A stretch of DNA of 64,000 nucleotides from Marsupella aquatica (Eukaryota; Plantae; Marchantiophyta). The position numbers and the translations under genes were made by a program. The stretch lies in contig OZ316894.1 in the NCBI GenBank assembly GCA_973895155.1, positions 21,547,867 to 21,611,866 of the forward strand. The letters run 5' to 3'. Shown here one piece after another: positions 61,738 through 64,000 of this stretch. Below the pieces are notes generated by a model. It ran no database searches. It had not been told where the DNA came from and was given only the letters and a program-made list of their open reading frames with translations. How positions within the stretch are numbered: the first letter of the stretch is position 1; each line of letters starts with the position of its first letter.

Positions 61738-64000
61738 ATGGCGGCATGTTACGAATCAGATGATTATTCAGATGGAGTTTCTGATGATGTTTCATTGCCG
61801 GATGGCCCCTACACAGTGGTTGGCCCAGATATCCCTGGAATAACTACTGTTTTAGATATGCCACCCCCCACCCCTATGAGCAAGTTAAAACGTAGTCCTT
61901 TACGACTTGCAATTAGTGGGAAGAAATCATTGGTCGGTGGTAAAGAGAGGTCAGGGAGCTCCTCTGACTCCTTGGAGAGTATTGGTCCCCCTGGACGTCA
62001 AGTTGTATCTCCTTTGTCACCAACAAAGGACAAATTGGGGAGTAATCTGGAAGGTTCAATGCCTATTTGGATGTCTGGGAAACGGTCTCATGAATTCATG
62101 AAGACTGGATTTGGAAAGACGAAGAAGGCACTAAGTGGGGAAAATGACAGAGATTTTTGCAGTCTCCAAAGTGTTCAGCGGCTGAAGCAAATGCCAAAAA
62201 GTAAAACCTTTGGTAAGCCAACGTCGGAAACATTTCACAGGGGGATGAGGGAAGAAACTAGACGACCAGTGTTATTGAAAAGTATTCCAGAAAAGAATTC
62301 TAATGTGCGTTCCTCAGTTTTACCTAGGAGTCATGGTGTTGGGGCAGGGAGCGGATCAAGTCACGGAAACTCAAACAGGGAAACCAACCTGGTGGAGAGG
62401 GACCCTAGGAAAATATTGAAAGGGTCCCTACAAGGTAATGGAGGGATTTCTGAAATACGCCCAGGTATTCCAAGGGTGCATAGAGTGAAGGAAGAGCCTC
62501 CATCTCCGAAGGCTGCAGGTCTGGAATCTAGGCATGTTCAGAAGCAAATGTTGGTGACCATTTCATCATCGAATGAAAGCGAGTCTTCGGAGAGTGGGGA
62601 GGATGATGATGTTCCGATGGCATCTAGTCATTACAAACATACGAGCAACGCCACTTTGTGTGAAACAAAGTTGAAAGAGGAGGATATCAAGAAAACAAAT
62701 AGTAAGTACTGTTGTCAGAGTCATTGTCTCCTAAGTCTATCTCCAAAAGAAATTCGTGAGGCGCGTTCTAAATTTTTGAGGCAGAAATCTCAGGATCGAT
62801 CTTTATCTTTGCAGTGGCTTATAAAGCGAGACGGAAATGAAGGAGGGAGGCAAACTATATCTTACACGTTTGGTCAAAAGAGTATTTGTCGGAAAGCTTT
62901 CAAGCTTATATTTTGCGTTGGCAATCATAGATTAAATAGAATTTTGAAATTAGACAACCAAGACTTAGGATATTCTAAACCAGTTGGACGCCCTCCATCT
63001 GTTAAAAGATTAGTCTTGGTCAGTTGGCTTAGGTCGTTTTTTGAGACACGCGTGGAAACATTGCCAAATAAAGAAGTTTCACATTTACCGGATAATTATT
63101 CAAAGCTGGAGGTATGGAAGATCTACGACTCCAACTATGCCAAGATTGATGAATCTTCAAAAATATCCTATCGACAATTCTTGAAAGTTTGGGTTCAAGA
63201 ATTTGGTCATGTGAAGATTCCTCCAGTCAATCGATTCAGTGCTTGCGCGGATTGCGAGGAGTTCAAATCAATTCGGGACAAAGCTGTCTCGGAGACCGAA
63301 AAGAGTAAGTTACTTACAAGATTGACAAGTTTTTGTTTCAAGAATATGGCTTAACACATGATTTCTAATTTTTTTTGAAGAAACTAACAAGTTGTTTTTC
63401 CAGGGCGAGGGGAAATTATGTTACAAAAACATAGAGACCAACAATCCAAAGAACGTGAGAAACTCGCGAAGCATCGTAAGAAATGTTTTTCAAATTCTGA
63501 TAAATATTTGGGAGTTGTCATTGATGGGATGGATCAGAAGAAGACAAGGTTGCCTCATTGGCCGCGGCCCCCAAAATCGGTGGACGAAACATGTTTGATC
63601 CAAATGCACGTTGTCGGATGCCTGGTTTTCAATGGTGCACTATTTTCAAGAGTGTTTCTTAATTATCCTGTATTGCATAATGATGGAAACTTGACAGTCA
63701 CAATCCTGCAAAGGGTGTTTCACGAATGGGAAGAAAAGCCTGGTGGCTTGCCGCCTGTTCTCTATCTTCAACTTGATAGTACCAGTAGAGAAAATAAAAA
63801 TAATTTACTCTTTGCCTATCTTCATATGTTGATTCGAAGAAAGGTTTTTCGGAAAATCAAACTAGGATTCTTGTTGGTTGGACACACACACGACCAAATA
63901 GATCAAATGTTCAGTCGATTTTCTAAACGACTAGCAAGGTTTAAGGCATTCACATACGAAAGCCTATGTGATATTATTTGTGAATCATATCAACCCCAAC
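61738..64000 (+). CDS. DUF7869-type / Sola-like DDD-DDE transposase, partial (exons 61738-63304 and 63404 to beyond window end)
   Basis: Intron 63305-63403 (GTAAGT...TTCCAG) joins the 538-aa ORF to an open frame: RFSACADC (Cys motif), VIDGMDQKKTRLPHW, LYLQLDSTSRENKNN, FLLVGHTHDQIDQMFSRF. These are three acidic catalytic-type motifs of an RNase-H-fold transposase. There are no stops up to the window end. Confidence 0.82.

Larger units (their letters stand above)
57898..64000. mobile_element. Putative large DNA transposon carrying a ParB-MTase cargo gene (ends not identified; may extend left to ~52.6 kb and beyond the right edge)
   Basis: Head-to-head transposase and MTase genes in a repeat-rich region with no recognisable host genes. 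No TIR pair is visible because the right end lies outside the window. Confidence 0.6.

Overview
Intron-rich eukaryotic nuclear DNA from a land plant. The plastid-targeted ClpB, plant-type tRNA promoter and GT-AG introns point to this, and a bryophyte such as a liverwort is likely but is inference. Conventional genes: a low-molecular-weight protein tyrosine phosphatase (6 exons), a degenerate EF-hand/CML-like ORF, tRNA-Ile(UAU), mitochondrial-type IND1/NUBPL, ELF1 and plastid ClpB3 (9 exons). Two unusual DNA transposon regions bracket the window. (1) At 390-8431 is a complete 8.0-kb Kolobok-like element with TTAA target duplication, TIRs, a spliced DDE transposase carrying an inserted SAP/Rho-N-like module, and a convergent KolX gene; three related ~165-bp MITEs lie elsewhere in the window. 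(2) At the right end, a DUF7869/Sola-like transposase gene sits head-to-head with a spliced ~955-codon gene fusing a ParB/Srx-like domain to a prokaryotic-type beta-class N6-adenine/N4-cytosine DNA methyltransferase. This apparently transposon-borne amino-methyltransferase in a plant genome is the best candidate for an undescribed system. This MTase copy carries two in-frame stops that look like C-to-T changes. Intergenic space is rich in tandem and higher-order repeats. All family assignments come from motif recognition by eye, not from database searches.
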